64,000 bases of DNA from Salininema proteolyticum (lineage in GTDB: Bacteria > Actinomycetota > Actinomycetes > Mycobacteriales > Micromonosporaceae), in assembly GCF_042685645.1 (NCBI RefSeq), contig NZ_JBHUNX010000001.1:4511319-4575318 (forward strand), given 5' to 3'. Positions 1-9,668 of this stretch are shown piece by piece. Position 1 is the first letter of the stretch. Each line of letters begins with the position of its first letter. A program made the position numbers and the translations under genes. The notes under the pieces are model-generated. The model was not told the DNA's origin, made no database searches, and saw only the letters and a list, made by a program, of their open reading frames with translations.

Positions 1-109
1 CGCCACTCGCAACCTCGCACAACGCAACGCCGAGGCCCGCGCGCCCGAACCGAACGAGTCCCGCCTGACCGTCCACCACCTGCTCCGCTCGGCGGGCGTC
101 GCCTGCCTG

Positions 110-1933
110 GTGGCGTGGCTGTGCCTGCTGACCGTCTCCACCTTCACCGAGACCATGAGCGGCGGCACCGGGGGACCGGCCGCCGTCTTCGGGGTGGTGC
201 TGACCTTCCTGCTGACCGGCGCCGCCATCTCCGCCTCCGTCGCGTTCAAGGGCGTGCGCGTCATCCTGATCGCCCTGGCCACCGCCCTCCTGGCGGCGGG
301 GGCCGGCTGGATGACCTTCAACGCCATGCCCGAGGCCGGGCCCGGCAGCTTCATCAGCCACCGCGCCGGCATCGCCACCCTCGCCTACGCCTTCGGCGTC
401 ATGGGCGGCTGCCTCATCGCGCTCTCCGAGTTCGTCGTCGACGGCTACGTCGGCGCCCGCGTCAAGGCCACCCGCTGGCTGCGGTGGAAGTCCGCCCTCG
501 TCGGAGCCACCGTCGTGGCCGTCGCCGCCGTCGCCATCATCCCCGCCATGCACGAGTGGGCGGAAGGCGCCAACACCGAGGCCGAGCACAACTCGTCCCC
601 CGTGCCCACCGGGCTGGGATCCTTCCGCGACCAGACCCGCATGGACGACGGCGTGGAGGACTTCGTCTCCGCCCCGGGCGGGCTGCTGCGCATCGACGGC
701 GCCGACGGGACGGAGACCCCGCAGGCGGTGACACTGCTCGACCCGGTCACGGGCGACGAGTACTGGCACTACCGGCGCTGGAACTGGCAGATGGGCGGCG
801 GACCGCTGTTCAACGACGACCGCGGCCGGGTCGCCCTGGCCGGACGCCGGTTCGACAACGCCGACGAGTACGGGGTGCGCGTGCTCGAGACCGCCACCGG
901 CAAGCTCGTCGACGAGAAGGTCCTCTCCGAGAACCCCGGCGAGCTGGTCGCCTACGACGGCGCCCACTACGCCTTCGCCGACCGGTCCGACCCGCAGACC
1001 ACGGCCGTCTCCGTCTACGCCGCCGAGGGAGGGCACCTCTGGAGGGAGCGGCTGCCGCAGAACTGCCGCGGCGTCCGCTTCTCGCAGACGCCCGGCACGC
1101 TCGTCGCCGTCGCCGACTGCTCCCCCTCGCCCGAACAGCCCGAGGCGGCCTCGTGGGTCTACGGGTACGACCCGGGAACCGGCGAGCTCCGCTGGGAGGA
1201 CCGCATCGACCCGGCCTTCATCGTCGAGGAGAACGGCGTGGTCGCCACCGACGGCGCCGTCATCGTCGACGCCCGCCGCGAGACCCGCCTGACCGACGGG
1301 CCCTTCTCGGCGCGCCGCTTCACCCACCGCCTCGTGTCCATCGACACGGCCGAAGGGGAGCGAAACTGGGTGAGCAAGGCGGTCAACTTCGGCTCCACCC
1401 ACACCTCCGCCTGCGGCGGAACGCTCTTCACGAACGAGACCTCGCCGCTGACCCCGCAGGCCGTCGCCGCGGCCAACGCCAAGGACCGGGCCGACGGCGG
1501 CAAGCCCGACGGGAAGGCCGGCGGAGGCACCGAGGCGACGGTCGAACAGCGCGTGCAGGTCATCGAGTGCTTCACCAAGGACGCCAAGAACCGCCTGGGC
1601 GTCCGCACCTTCTCGACCGAGACCGGCCGCCAGCTGTCGGCGGCGTCCGCCCCGATGGGCTTCAGCCCCACCGAACCGGAGACGCTCCGCAGCTGGGTGA
1701 CCGTCCTGCCCGACGGCCGCACCGTCGCCGCCCTCGACAAGTCCTCCAACCAGAAGAAGCCCGCGTGCACGCTCTGGGAGGTCGACGGGAAGAAGGCCCG
1801 GGCGCTCGACGAGATGTCCGACGGCCTCCCGAAGGGCTGGTGCCACTCGGCCCGGCTGGACTCCAACGACAATGCCGTGGTCCTCTCCTACGACGATCCG
1901 GACGAGGGACGTCAGAACCTCGTCATCAACTGA
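110..1933 (+). CDS. membrane-anchored PQQ-like beta-propeller repeat protein; probably 5'-truncated by the window edge
   Basis: 607-aa ORF beginning with GTG at 110; the same frame stays open back to base 2, so the true start may lie upstream of the window. N-terminal 4-5 hydrophobic helices, then repeated 'dG..y..d..tG...W' style motifs (VYAAEGGHLWRERL, WVYGYDPGTGELRWED, DGAVIVDARRETRL) typical of PQQ/BamB-like propellers. Confidence 0.55.
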   Translation: MAWLCLLTVSTFTETMSGGTGGPAAVFGVVLTFLLTGAAISASVAFKGVRVILIALATALLAAGAGWMTFNAMPEAGPGSFISHRAGIATLAYAFGVMGGCLIALSEFVVDGYVGARVKATRWLRWKSALVGATVVAVAAVAIIPAMHEWAEGANTEAEHNSSPVPTGLGSFRDQTRMDDGVEDFVSAPGGLLRIDGADGTETPQAVTLLDPVTGDEYWHYRRWNWQMGGGPLFNDDRGRVALAGRRFDNADEYGVRVLETATGKLVDEKVLSENPGELVAYDGAHYAFADRSDPQTTAVSVYAAEGGHLWRERLPQNCRGVRFSQTPGTLVAVADCSPSPEQPEAASWVYGYDPGTGELRWEDRIDPAFIVEENGVVATDGAVIVDARRETRLTDGPFSARRFTHRLVSIDTAEGERNWVSKAVNFGSTHTSACGGTLFTNETSPLTPQAVAAANAKDRADGGKPDGKAGGGTEATVEQRVQVIECFTKDAKNRLGVRTFSTETGRQLSAASAPMGFSPTEPETLRSWVTVLPDGRTVAALDKSSNQKKPACTLWEVDGKKARALDEMSDGLPKGWCHSARLDSNDNAVVLSYDDPDEGRQNLVIN

Positions 1934-2127
1934 CCGGACCGCGCCCCGGCCTTGGCAGGCGGGCGCTGTCTATCGGAGCGCGGCCGGGCCTCGAGTCCGG
2001 ACCGCTCCGCACTGTCGGAAAAGCGACCGGCGCCATATAGTGAAACAGATCACTAACGCGCAATAGTTCTGAGTGAAAGACTTAGTATCGAGCAATACAT
2101 TTGATCAGACGACGATAGGCTCGAAAC

Positions 2128-3981
2128 ATGTGCGGAATCATCGGATACACCGGCGCGAAAGACCCCGTCGCCGTGGCGGTCGAAGGGCTGCGCCGGCTCG
2201 AATACCGCGGTTACGACTCGGCCGGCATCGCGCTCGCCGACAAGGGCGGCCTGCGCACCTGGAAGAAGTCCGGCAAACTCGCCAACCTGGAGGCCGCACT
2301 GGACGGGCGCGAAGCCGCCGAGGGCGACGTCCGCTCCGCCATCGGCCACACCCGCTGGGCCACCCACGGCGTCCCCTCCGACCGCAACGCCCACCCCCAC
2401 GCCTCCCAAGACGGGCGGATCGCCCTGATCCACAACGGGATCATCGAGAACTTCAGCCAGCTGCGCAGCGAGCTGGCCGCCCAGGGCACCGCCTTCGCCT
2501 CGGACACCGACTCCGAGGTCGCCGCGCAGCTGCTCGCCGCCGAGTACGCCGAGGACGGCGACCTCGCCGCCGCCATGCGCCGCGTCTGCAAGCGGCTGGA
2601 GGGCTCGTTCACCTTCCTCGCCCAGGCGGCCGACCATCCCGGCCTGATCGTCGGCGCGCGCCGGAACTCGCCGCTCGTGGCGGGCATCGGCGAGGGCGAG
2701 TACTTCCTCGCCTCCGACGTCGCCGCCTTCATCTCGCACACCACCGAGGCCATCGAACTGGGCCAGGACCAGGTCGTGTCCATCTCGCCCGCGGGCCTGA
2801 CCGTCACCTCCCTGGACGGCGAGGAGGTCGAGGGCAAGCGCTACTCGGTCGACTGGGACATCACCGCCGCCGAGAAGGACGGCTACGACACCTTCATGAT
2901 GAAGGAGATCCACCAGCAGCCCTCCGTCGTCGCCGACACCCTGCGCGGGCGCATCGACGACAACGGGCACATCACCCTCGACGAGGTCCGCCTGTCCGAA
3001 CAGGACTTCCGCGACATCGACAAGGTCTTCATCGTCGCCTGCGGCACCTCCTACCACGCCGGACTGGTCACCAAGTACGCCCTGGAGCACTGGACGCGCC
3101 TGCCCTGCGAGGTCGAGCTCGCCAGCGAGTTCCGCTACCGCGACCCGGTCCTCGACCGCTCCACGCTCGTCATCGCCATCTCCCAGTCCGGCGAGACCAT
3201 GGACACGCTCATGGCACTGCGCCACGCGCGCACGCAGAAGGCCCGCGTCCTGTCCATCTCCAACACCGTCGGCTCGACCATTCCGCGCGAGTCCGACGCC
3301 GTGCTCTACACGCGGGCCGGCATCGAGGTGTCCGTGGCTTCCACCAAGGCGTTCCTGACGCAGCTGGCCGCCTGCTACCTCGTGGCCCTCCACATCGCGC
3401 AGATGCGCGGCGTCATGTACGCCGACGAGGTCGCCGACGTCGTGGCCTCGCTGACGGCCATGCCGGACAAGATCCAGGAAGTCCTGGACGGATCGGACCA
3501 GATCACCGAGCTGGCCGCCCAGATGGCCACCTCCCACCGAGTGCTCTTCATCGGGCGCCACGTGGGCTACCCCGTCGCGCTGGAGGGCGCCTTGAAACTC
3601 AAGGAGATCGCCTACATCGAGGCCGAGGGCTTCGCCGCCGGCGAGCTCAAGCACGGCCCGATCTCCCTGATCGAGACGGGGACGCCGGTCATCGCCATGG
3701 TGCCCTCCCCGGCCGGCCGGTCCCTCCTGCACGACAAGATGATCTCCAACATGCAGGAGGTCAAGGCCCGCGGCGCCCGCCTGATCGCCATCGCCGAGGA
3801 GGGCGACGACGTGACCGCCGCGCACGCCGACCACACGATCTACGTGCCGAAGTCGCCGACGCTGCTGGCTCCGCTGCTGACCACGGTCCCGCTGCAGCGG
3901 CTGGCGGTCGAGTACGCCGGCGCCCTCGGAAATGACATCGACCAACCGCGCAACCTAGCCAAGAGCGTAACCGTGGAGTAA
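2128..3981 (+). CDS. glmS: glutamine--fructose-6-phosphate aminotransferase (isomerising)
   Basis: N-terminal MCGIIGY Ntn-amidotransferase start with Cys2. Two SIS domains follow (GTSYHAG, SQSGETMDT). 617 aa ending in the ...KSVTVE tail typical of GlmS. Confidence 0.95.
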   Translation: MCGIIGYTGAKDPVAVAVEGLRRLEYRGYDSAGIALADKGGLRTWKKSGKLANLEAALDGREAAEGDVRSAIGHTRWATHGVPSDRNAHPHASQDGRIALIHNGIIENFSQLRSELAAQGTAFASDTDSEVAAQLLAAEYAEDGDLAAAMRRVCKRLEGSFTFLAQAADHPGLIVGARRNSPLVAGIGEGEYFLASDVAAFISHTTEAIELGQDQVVSISPAGLTVTSLDGEEVEGKRYSVDWDITAAEKDGYDTFMMKEIHQQPSVVADTLRGRIDDNGHITLDEVRLSEQDFRDIDKVFIVACGTSYHAGLVTKYALEHWTRLPCEVELASEFRYRDPVLDRSTLVIAISQSGETMDTLMALRHARTQKARVLSISNTVGSTIPRESDAVLYTRAGIEVSVASTKAFLTQLAACYLVALHIAQMRGVMYADEVADVVASLTAMPDKIQEVLDGSDQITELAAQMATSHRVLFIGRHVGYPVALEGALKLKEIAYIEAEGFAAGELKHGPISLIETGTPVIAMVPSPAGRSLLHDKMISNMQEVKARGARLIAIAEEGDDVTAAHADHTIYVPKSPTLLAPLLTTVPLQRLAVEYAGALGNDIDQPRNLAKSVTVE

Positions 3982-3997
3982 GTAACCGTTCCTGTAA

Positions 3998-4041
3998 CCG
4001 GCCCGCCGCGCCCTTTTCCTTCAGCGGGGCGTGGCGGGCCG
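3998..4041 (+). terminator. GC-rich hairpin downstream of glmS (possible factor-independent terminator without a U tract)
   Basis: CCGGCCCGCCGCGCCC / loop TTTTCCTTCAG / CGGGGCGTGGCGGGCCG, a 16-bp stem with one G:U position. It starts 17 nt after the glmS stop and lies before the next same-strand gene. Confidence 0.4.
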
Positions 4042-4074
4042 TCTCCATTCCACGAGTCACCCTCACCCTTCTCT

Positions 4075-5271
4075 GTGTGGCGTCGCTACTCTGTTCTTAT
4101 GCGCCTCAACGAACCCTGGTTGCTCATTGTGCTGGTAGCGGTACTCTCCGCTGCCATTGTCAGCCTTCTCCGCTTCACCGTGAAGTGGATCCTCCACCGA
4201 ACCCATTCCGAGACCAGATCGCGCGTCCTCAACAAGGCCCTGCGGCCCGCCCAGCTCATGGCGGCCACCGGCGGCGTGCAGATCCTCCTGTTCGTCAAAC
4301 GCCACCAGGACGGCTGGGGGTACAGCTTCAAGAGCGGCGACGCCGACGGCTGGAACCCGGACCTCTCGACCATCCTCATGTTCGCCACGGTCATCTCCGG
4401 CGCCTGGCTCGCCTCGAACCTGTTGTCCCTGATCAAGGACCCGGTCGAGGGTCGCTGGGGCTCGCTGGCCCAGCACGACGTGGACGGCCGGAAGCGGCGG
4501 ACCCAGATCGCCGTCATGTACCGGCTGCTGGCCGCCGCCATCTGGCTCATCGCCGCCGGAATCATCCTCTTCAACGTTCCAGCGCTGCGAGTCGTCGGCA
4601 CCTCGGTCCTCGCCGGCGCCGGTGTGGCCGGCGTCGTCGCGGCGCTCGCCGCGCAGACCATGCTCTCCAACATGTTCGCCGGCCTCTCGCTGGCCTTCGG
4701 CGACGCGCTCAGGTTGGAGGACGTCGTGGTCGTGGAAGGCGAGTGGGGGCGGATCGAGGAGATCACCCTCTCGTACGTCGTCATCCGCATCTGGGACGAG
4801 CGGCGGCTTGTGCTGCCCTCCAAGTACTTCTCGCAGACGCCCTATGTCAACTGGACGCGCAACGCACCCCAGGTCATAGGGACGGTGCGCATGGACGCGG
4901 ACTGGCGGCTGCCGGTGGACGAGGCGCGCATCGAGCTGCGGCGCTTCCTGGAAGACCACCCGCAGTGGGACGGCCGCAAGTGCGGGATCATCGTGTTGTC
5001 CTCCGTCGGGCCGTACATGCAGCTCCGCCTCCTGGTATCGGCGGGGAGCCCCTCGGACCAGTGGGATCTGCGCTGCGCCATTCGCGAGCACATGATCTCG
5101 TGGATCGTCTCCGAACACCCCACGTGCATCCCCCGCATGCACGTCAACACCTACGACTCGGGCGCCGACGCGTGGATGGACGAGCCGCCGGTCATCTCGA
5201 TCCCCCATATGCGCGACTCCGCGCGAGAACGGCAGATCGACGCCGGGGCCACCGACGACTTCCGGACCTAG
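4075..5271 (+). CDS. small-conductance mechanosensitive channel (MscS family)
   Basis: N-terminal TM helices, then the MscS signature region ...AQTMLSNMFAGLSLAFGDALRLEDVVVVEGEWGRIEEITLSYVVIRIWDERRLVLPSKYF. Confidence 0.85.
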   Translation: MWRRYSVLMRLNEPWLLIVLVAVLSAAIVSLLRFTVKWILHRTHSETRSRVLNKALRPAQLMAATGGVQILLFVKRHQDGWGYSFKSGDADGWNPDLSTILMFATVISGAWLASNLLSLIKDPVEGRWGSLAQHDVDGRKRRTQIAVMYRLLAAAIWLIAAGIILFNVPALRVVGTSVLAGAGVAGVVAALAAQTMLSNMFAGLSLAFGDALRLEDVVVVEGEWGRIEEITLSYVVIRIWDERRLVLPSKYFSQTPYVNWTRNAPQVIGTVRMDADWRLPVDEARIELRRFLEDHPQWDGRKCGIIVLSSVGPYMQLRLLVSAGSPSDQWDLRCAIREHMISWIVSEHPTCIPRMHVNTYDSGADAWMDEPPVISIPHMRDSARERQIDAGATDDFRT

Positions 5272-5390
5272 GCGGAAGAGAGAACAGAACCGGCGCGCAC
5301 CCGGAGAGGCGCCGAGACTCCGGGCGCGCGCCGAAGCTTCGATGAAGTGCTCTGACCGCAGAGAAGCGCAGCGCTTCCGAGACATACGAA

Positions 5391-5420
5391 AGGGCCGGAC
5401 CCCCGCGGGGATCCGGCCCT
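5391..5420. terminator. bidirectional stem-loop between convergent genes (MscS on + and the zinc-ribbon gene on -)
   Basis: AGGGCCGGA / CCCCCGCGGGGA / TCCGGCCCT, a perfect 9-bp stem with a palindromic loop. A second palindrome GAAGCGC-A-GCGCTTC sits at about 5363-5378. Confidence 0.45.
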
Positions 5421-5429
5421 CTCTCACGC

Positions 5430-5741
5430 TCAGAAGTCGAAGAGCTCTCCGAGGAAGCTCTCCCTTTTCTTCTTCTTGTACCGCTTGTCGTCGTAACGGC
5501 GGTCGTCATAGCGCCTGTCGTCGTAGCGCCGCTCCTCGCGGTACTTCGGCGGACGGTCGTCGTAGCGCGGAGCCGGCGGCGCCTGACGGGCCTGGTTGAA
5601 CTGGGCCTCGGCGTCCAGCAGGTGCTCCAGCTCGCCCCTGTCCAGGAAAATGCCCCGGCAGGAGGTGCACTGGTCGATCACGATGTTGTTGCGCTCGTAC
5701 TGGCGCATCTGGCCTTGGCATTTGGGACAGAGCATATCCAT
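5430..5741 (-). CDS. zinc-ribbon domain protein (TFIIB-type zinc ribbon; C..C...C..C) with a C-terminal RYDD(R/K) repeat tail
   Basis: MDMLCPKCQGQMRQYERNNIVIDQCTSCRGIFLDRGELEHLL matches the small bacterial zf-TFIIB-like proteins. The C-terminus is REERRYDDRRYDDRRYDDKRYKKKKR. Confidence 0.7.
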   Translation of the reverse strand: MDMLCPKCQGQMRQYERNNIVIDQCTSCRGIFLDRGELEHLLDAEAQFNQARQAPPAPRYDDRPPKYREERRYDDRRYDDRRYDDKRYKKKKRESFLGELFDF

Positions 5742-5946
5742 GGTCCGATCCTAGCGGCCCCTCACCGGCCGGGCCACATGCGCAGGTGTGCATAAGGGAT
5801 TTCTCAGAACCCTAGGTCGGACGCTCAGCCCCCGTACAGCTTTCCCATAGGGTCCGCCGCGGGCGAATCCGGGACGTGCGAAGCGTCCTATTCCCGGACT
5901 CGCCCGCGGGCCGTGGAAGGCTTCGCCGTCCGCGGCGGTCGGCCGT

Positions 5947-6522
5947 TCAGAGCAGCGAGTCCCGCTTCAGCCTGCTGGCCCGCTCCATGCCGGCCAGGAC
6001 TCCGCCGACGACCAGAGAGGCGTCGGCCCAGCCGGGGAGGCTCCACGGCGGCGACCAGTCGGGCAGGTACTGCGAGCCGATGTCCGTCTGCGCGGCGATC
6101 GCGAACAGCTGCGGGACCTCGATGACGGCGGCCGCGAGGAGCACCAGCCAGGCGGCGGCGGCCAGCGCCCGGCTGAGGGCGGGCCTCCGGCGAGCCAGCG
6201 CGGCGCGGTGGTACTCGATCGACTTCTCCGCCGGGGCCATCGGGAGGACCCGCCCGTCAGGCAGCCTCAGCCGGGCCTCCCGCACCCCGAGCATCTGAGT
6301 GCGGAAGCGCAGTTCGGACCCGTCGGGCAGTTCCCAGCGGAGCCGGGAGTCCCGGGAGGCCCGCAGGACGCCGTCGACGTAGAGCCAGACGTCCTTGTCG
6401 GTGTTGAAGAAGTCGACCTCGACCTCGTAGCGGCTTCCGAGGTGGTCGATGCCGAAGACGCTGCGTCCGAACCTCGACCAGGAGCCGAGCGGGCGCGGTC
6501 CCGTTTCCGGTGGTCGTCCCAT
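5947..6522 (-). CDS. hypothetical protein with a C-terminal transmembrane segment
   Basis: 191-aa ORF of typical composition with a single hydrophobic helix (AAAAWLVLLAAAVIEVPQLFAIAA). No recognisable catalytic motif. Confidence 0.4.
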   Translation of the reverse strand: MGRPPETGPRPLGSWSRFGRSVFGIDHLGSRYEVEVDFFNTDKDVWLYVDGVLRASRDSRLRWELPDGSELRFRTQMLGVREARLRLPDGRVLPMAPAEKSIEYHRAALARRRPALSRALAAAAWLVLLAAAVIEVPQLFAIAAQTDIGSQYLPDWSPPWSLPGWADASLVVGGVLAGMERASRLKRDSLL

Positions 6523-6528
6523 GTCCCG

Positions 6529-7695
6529 CTACCTCCCCGCCTCGGCCGGACGGCGGTGCCGGAACGGCGCCTGAGCGATCCGGCGCATCGCGAACTCCGC
6601 CGGACCCTGCCGGAAGCGCTTGAGCCACAGCGTGCTCAGGACCATGAACAGGACCGAGATGAGGGCCCACAGCAGGACCGCCGACCACGGCATGGCCCCG
6701 TTCCACCTCACCGCCAGGCCCAGGCCCCAGCCGTAGCAGAGCGCGGAGGCGACGACGTTCTGGAAGATGTAGGAGGACAGCGCCGTCCTGCCCACGTTGC
6801 TCATGCCGCGTCCGACGATCCCGCGTCCGGCCTTGCCCCGCTGCACCAGGTTGACGGTGAGGGCGGCGATGCCGACGGCGATGAGCGGCGCCGCGATGTA
6901 GCGGTCGATCAGGGCGAACTCCGTGCCCGCGAAGAGGTTGCGGAAGGTGATCGCGGCTCCGATCGGCAGGCAGACCTCGGTCCAGATCCACCGGCGTCTT
7001 ACGGCGGCCTTATCCGTCGCGGTGAAGAATCCGCTCCTCATCAGGAGGATGCCGCCGAGGAACATGGCCGAGGCGAAGGGGATCAGGACGATCGTCTCCA
7101 TGCGGAACAGGGCGAAGTACTGGACGCGGTCGACGACCTGGTCCCACCAGGTGCCGTGCATGAAGGTCCCGGTGTCGGCCCCGGTGACCGCCAGGCCGCC
7201 GTCTCCTCGGAGGCTTCCGACCGTCACGAACGCGACGATCGCGGTCGACACGGCCGCGAAGCCGGTGAACCACCGCCGGATCGCCTTGGTGCTCAAGGTG
7301 ACCAGGTAGGCCACGTGCACCGACACGAGCGCGTAGCCCATGAGCACGTCCCACTCGAAGATCAGGAGGTAGTGGATCAGGCCCTCCATGAACAGGACGG
7401 CGGTGCGCCACAGGTAGCGCGTGTACCAGGACTGCATGCGCCGTTTGGAGGACTGGTACTGGATTTCTATGCCGACGCCGAACAGGATCGCCAGCAGCGA
7501 GAGGAACTTGCCGTTGGCCAGGGCCCACAGGGCCCGTTCCGCGAACTCCATGGAGTCGGCGGCGGTGAAGAGCCCCCAGGCGCCGAGCGGGTTCATGAAG
7601 ACCCAGATGTTGCTCGCGAGCGTGCCGACGATCGCGATGCCCCTCAACAGGTCGAGCGCCGCGATGCGGGCGGGGTGGTCAAGTGTGTTCGCCAT
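6529..7695 (-). CDS. DUF418-family membrane protein (YeiB-like)
   Basis: Start re-chosen at MANTLDHPARIAALDLLRGIAIVG, the DUF418-type N-terminus. About 10 TM helices. The ORF track's 741-aa version extends antisense through the histidine kinase gene and is rejected. Confidence 0.75.
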   Translation of the reverse strand: MANTLDHPARIAALDLLRGIAIVGTLASNIWVFMNPLGAWGLFTAADSMEFAERALWALANGKFLSLLAILFGVGIEIQYQSSKRRMQSWYTRYLWRTAVLFMEGLIHYLLIFEWDVLMGYALVSVHVAYLVTLSTKAIRRWFTGFAAVSTAIVAFVTVGSLRGDGGLAVTGADTGTFMHGTWWDQVVDRVQYFALFRMETIVLIPFASAMFLGGILLMRSGFFTATDKAAVRRRWIWTEVCLPIGAAITFRNLFAGTEFALIDRYIAAPLIAVGIAALTVNLVQRGKAGRGIVGRGMSNVGRTALSSYIFQNVVASALCYGWGLGLAVRWNGAMPWSAVLLWALISVLFMVLSTLWLKRFRQGPAEFAMRRIAQAPFRHRRPAEAGR

Positions 7696-7785
7696 ACCTC
7701 GAGTGTCTTCCTGACCGGCGGAAACGGCGTCGGGCGGCGGCATGATCCAGAGGTCATCACTTAGGAGGACGCAGGGCCCCGTCCG

Positions 7786-9033
7786 GTGTGGTCCCATAGA
7801 ACGATGGTGGAGCTCTTCTTTCGGGCCGCGCGTGAGCCCTGGCGCGAGCGGCTCTTGATCTCCGGGTACCTCGTTCTCGTCCTCCTCTACCAGATTCCGG
7901 AGGTCGAGGAGACGACCTGGGGCGATCCGCGCACCGCGCCGTGGGGAGCGGCCCTGGCCCTGTACGGTGCCGGGGCGGTCGTCCTCGCCTTCCGGGCGAG
8001 GGCGACGGTCGCGGCGTTCTTCGCGGCCATGGCGCTGCTGGCGGCGTCCTTCTTCGTGGAGACGTCGCTGCCGATCACGGTCGTGGCCGTCGACCTCATC
8101 TACTCGCTCATGGCCTACGGCCCCCGGCGCGTCTCCCGGGTCATCGCCGCCGTCCTGACCGGCTCCTGCGCCCTGTTGATCGCCCTGCTCTTCCTCTTCG
8201 AGCAGAGCGCCGAGGCCCGGGTGGCCCTGTCGCTCACCATCGGCTGCGTCCTGGTCCCCCTGCTCTGGGGGCTGCAGATCCGCACCGCGAAGGAGCGCAC
8301 GGAGGCCGAGCGCACGCGCGCCGAGCTGGAGAGGGAGTCGGCCAACCACGCGCGGGACAACGCGGTCGCGGCCGAGAGGGCCCGCATGGCGCGCGACCTG
8401 CACGACGTCATCGCGGGGCACGTCTCGGCGGTGGCCTTCCAGTCCGAGGCCGCCATCATGCGGTCGAAGGACGACTCGGTGGCCCCCATCCTCGGTTCCA
8501 TCCGCGAGAACAGCGTCAAGGCGCTGGAGGAGATGCGCTCGATGATCCGGATCCTCCACGAGCGCGACGACTCTCCCGACGACGAGCGCCTCGCGCCGCC
8601 CGGTTTCGGGCAGCTCGGCCTCGTCGTCGACACCGCTCGCACGGCGGGAGTCGACCTCGCCGTCGACTTGGCGGTGCCCGAGGAGATCCCGCGCCTGGTG
8701 GAGCTGGTGGCCTACCGGATCGTCCAGGAGGCGCTCACCAACGTCATGAAGCACGCCCCCGGCAGCCGGGCCTCGCTGGAGGTCCGCGCCGAGGGGCGTG
8801 ACCTCGTCCTCCTGGTCCGCAACGACTTCACGGTCAAGGTTCCCGCCGCCGGAGGCACCGGCGTCGGTACAGTGAGCATGGCGGAGAGGGCCCGCACCGT
8901 GGGCGGGAGCGTCCGCTGCGGGCCCGTCGGCGACGGGTGGCGGGTGGAGGCGCGCCTGCCGGTCGGGGACCGCTCGGCGCCCGCGGACGGGGTTCTCCCG
9001 GACTCCCGACTCTCCTCCGACGAAAGGGAATGA
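7786..9033 (+). CDS. sensor histidine kinase (HisKA_3/NarX-like; multi-TM sensor with no periplasmic domain)
   Basis: 5 N-terminal TM helices. H-box ARMARDLHDVIAGHVSAV (HisKA_3). HATPase_c motifs NVMKHAPG...EVRAEGRDLVLLVRND, GTGVG. Confidence 0.85.
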   Translation: MWSHRTMVELFFRAAREPWRERLLISGYLVLVLLYQIPEVEETTWGDPRTAPWGAALALYGAGAVVLAFRARATVAAFFAAMALLAASFFVETSLPITVVAVDLIYSLMAYGPRRVSRVIAAVLTGSCALLIALLFLFEQSAEARVALSLTIGCVLVPLLWGLQIRTAKERTEAERTRAELERESANHARDNAVAAERARMARDLHDVIAGHVSAVAFQSEAAIMRSKDDSVAPILGSIRENSVKALEEMRSMIRILHERDDSPDDERLAPPGFGQLGLVVDTARTAGVDLAVDLAVPEEIPRLVELVAYRIVQEALTNVMKHAPGSRASLEVRAEGRDLVLLVRNDFTVKVPAAGGTGVGTVSMAERARTVGGSVRCGPVGDGWRVEARLPVGDRSAPADGVLPDSRLSSDERE

Positions 9034-9668
9034 TGGCCATACGGATCGCAGTAGCCGACGACCAGGCCGCCGTCCGGGCGGGACTGAGCATGATCCTCGA
9101 CGCCGCCGAGGACATCGACGTGGTCGGGGAGGCCGCCGACGGCCGCGAAGCAGTTCTCCTGGCGCGCACCGAGAAGCCCGACGTGGTGCTCATGGACGTG
9201 CGGATGCCCGCGGTGGACGGGATCGAGGCCTGCCGCCGCATCGCGGGGGAGAGACTGGCCCAGGTGCTGGTGCTGACCACCTTCGACCTGGACGAGCATG
9301 TGTACGCCGCCCTCAAGGCGGGGGCGGCGGGCTTCCTGCTCAAGACGGTCGACGCACAGGGGCTGCTGGACGCCGTGAGGCATGTGGCGGCGGGGGACGC
9401 CGTCATCGAGCCGTCCGTGACCCGGCGCCTGCTCTCGGCCTTCGCCGAGAGGGAGCCGAGCGCGGAGCCGGCCGGCTACTCGGACCTGACCGGCCGGGAG
9501 CGCGAAGTGCTGGACCTGCTGGGCGACGGCCTCTCCAACAGGCTGATCGCGCGGAGCCTGCACATCGAGGAGACCACCGTGAAGACCCACGTCTCGCGGG
9601 TGCTCACCAAGCTCGGGGTCCAGTCGCGTGTGCAGGCCGCCGTCATAGCGCGTCAGGCGCGGTCGTAG
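9030..9668 (+). CDS. LuxR/NarL-family response regulator
   Basis: Start at the ATGATGG that overlaps the kinase stop. REC domain (VADDQAAVRAGL...DVVLMDVRMP...D) plus a C-terminal LuxR helix-turn-helix (LTGREREVLDLLGDGLSNRLIARSLHIEETTVKTHVSRVLTKLG). Confidence 0.85.
   Translation: MMAIRIAVADDQAAVRAGLSMILDAAEDIDVVGEAADGREAVLLARTEKPDVVLMDVRMPAVDGIEACRRIAGERLAQVLVLTTFDLDEHVYAALKAGAAGFLLKTVDAQGLLDAVRHVAAGDAVIEPSVTRRLLSAFAEREPSAEPAGYSDLTGREREVLDLLGDGLSNRLIARSLHIEETTVKTHVSRVLTKLGVQSRVQAAVIARQARS

Noticed and set aside
2040-2127. Possible glmS ribozyme or other cis-RNA in the AT-rich leader of glmS
   Set aside because: The leader is only about 90 nt and lacks the conserved glmS ribozyme core pseudoknot elements. 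glmS ribozymes are also essentially absent from Actinomycetota. It may still hold a transcription-factor site (for example a DasR-like one) but I could not support a specific call.
2053-3945. 630-aa minus and 620-aa plus alternative-frame ORFs across glmS
   Set aside because: These are shadow frames of an unambiguous glmS gene and are Arg/Gly/His/Pro-rich.
6208-7764. 518-aa plus-strand ORF
   Set aside because: It is antisense to the DUF418 gene, has Arg/Pro/Gly/Asp-rich low-complexity composition and no motifs. It is a high-GC artefact.
6529-8754. 741-aa minus-strand ORF from the track
   Set aside because: Only the lower 389 codons (from MANTLDHP, 6529-7695) look like a real DUF418 membrane protein. 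The upper part runs antisense through a well-supported histidine kinase gene (7786-9033) and has the Arg/Gly/Pro-rich composition typical of off-frame translation in high-GC DNA.
8937-9668. Upstream-extended start (MAGGG...) of the first response regulator
   Set aside because: The REC domain begins at MMAIRIAVADDQ, and the ATGATGG at 9030 overlaps the kinase stop in the typical coupled arrangement. The extension is Gly/Arg-rich shadow sequence within the kinase gene.
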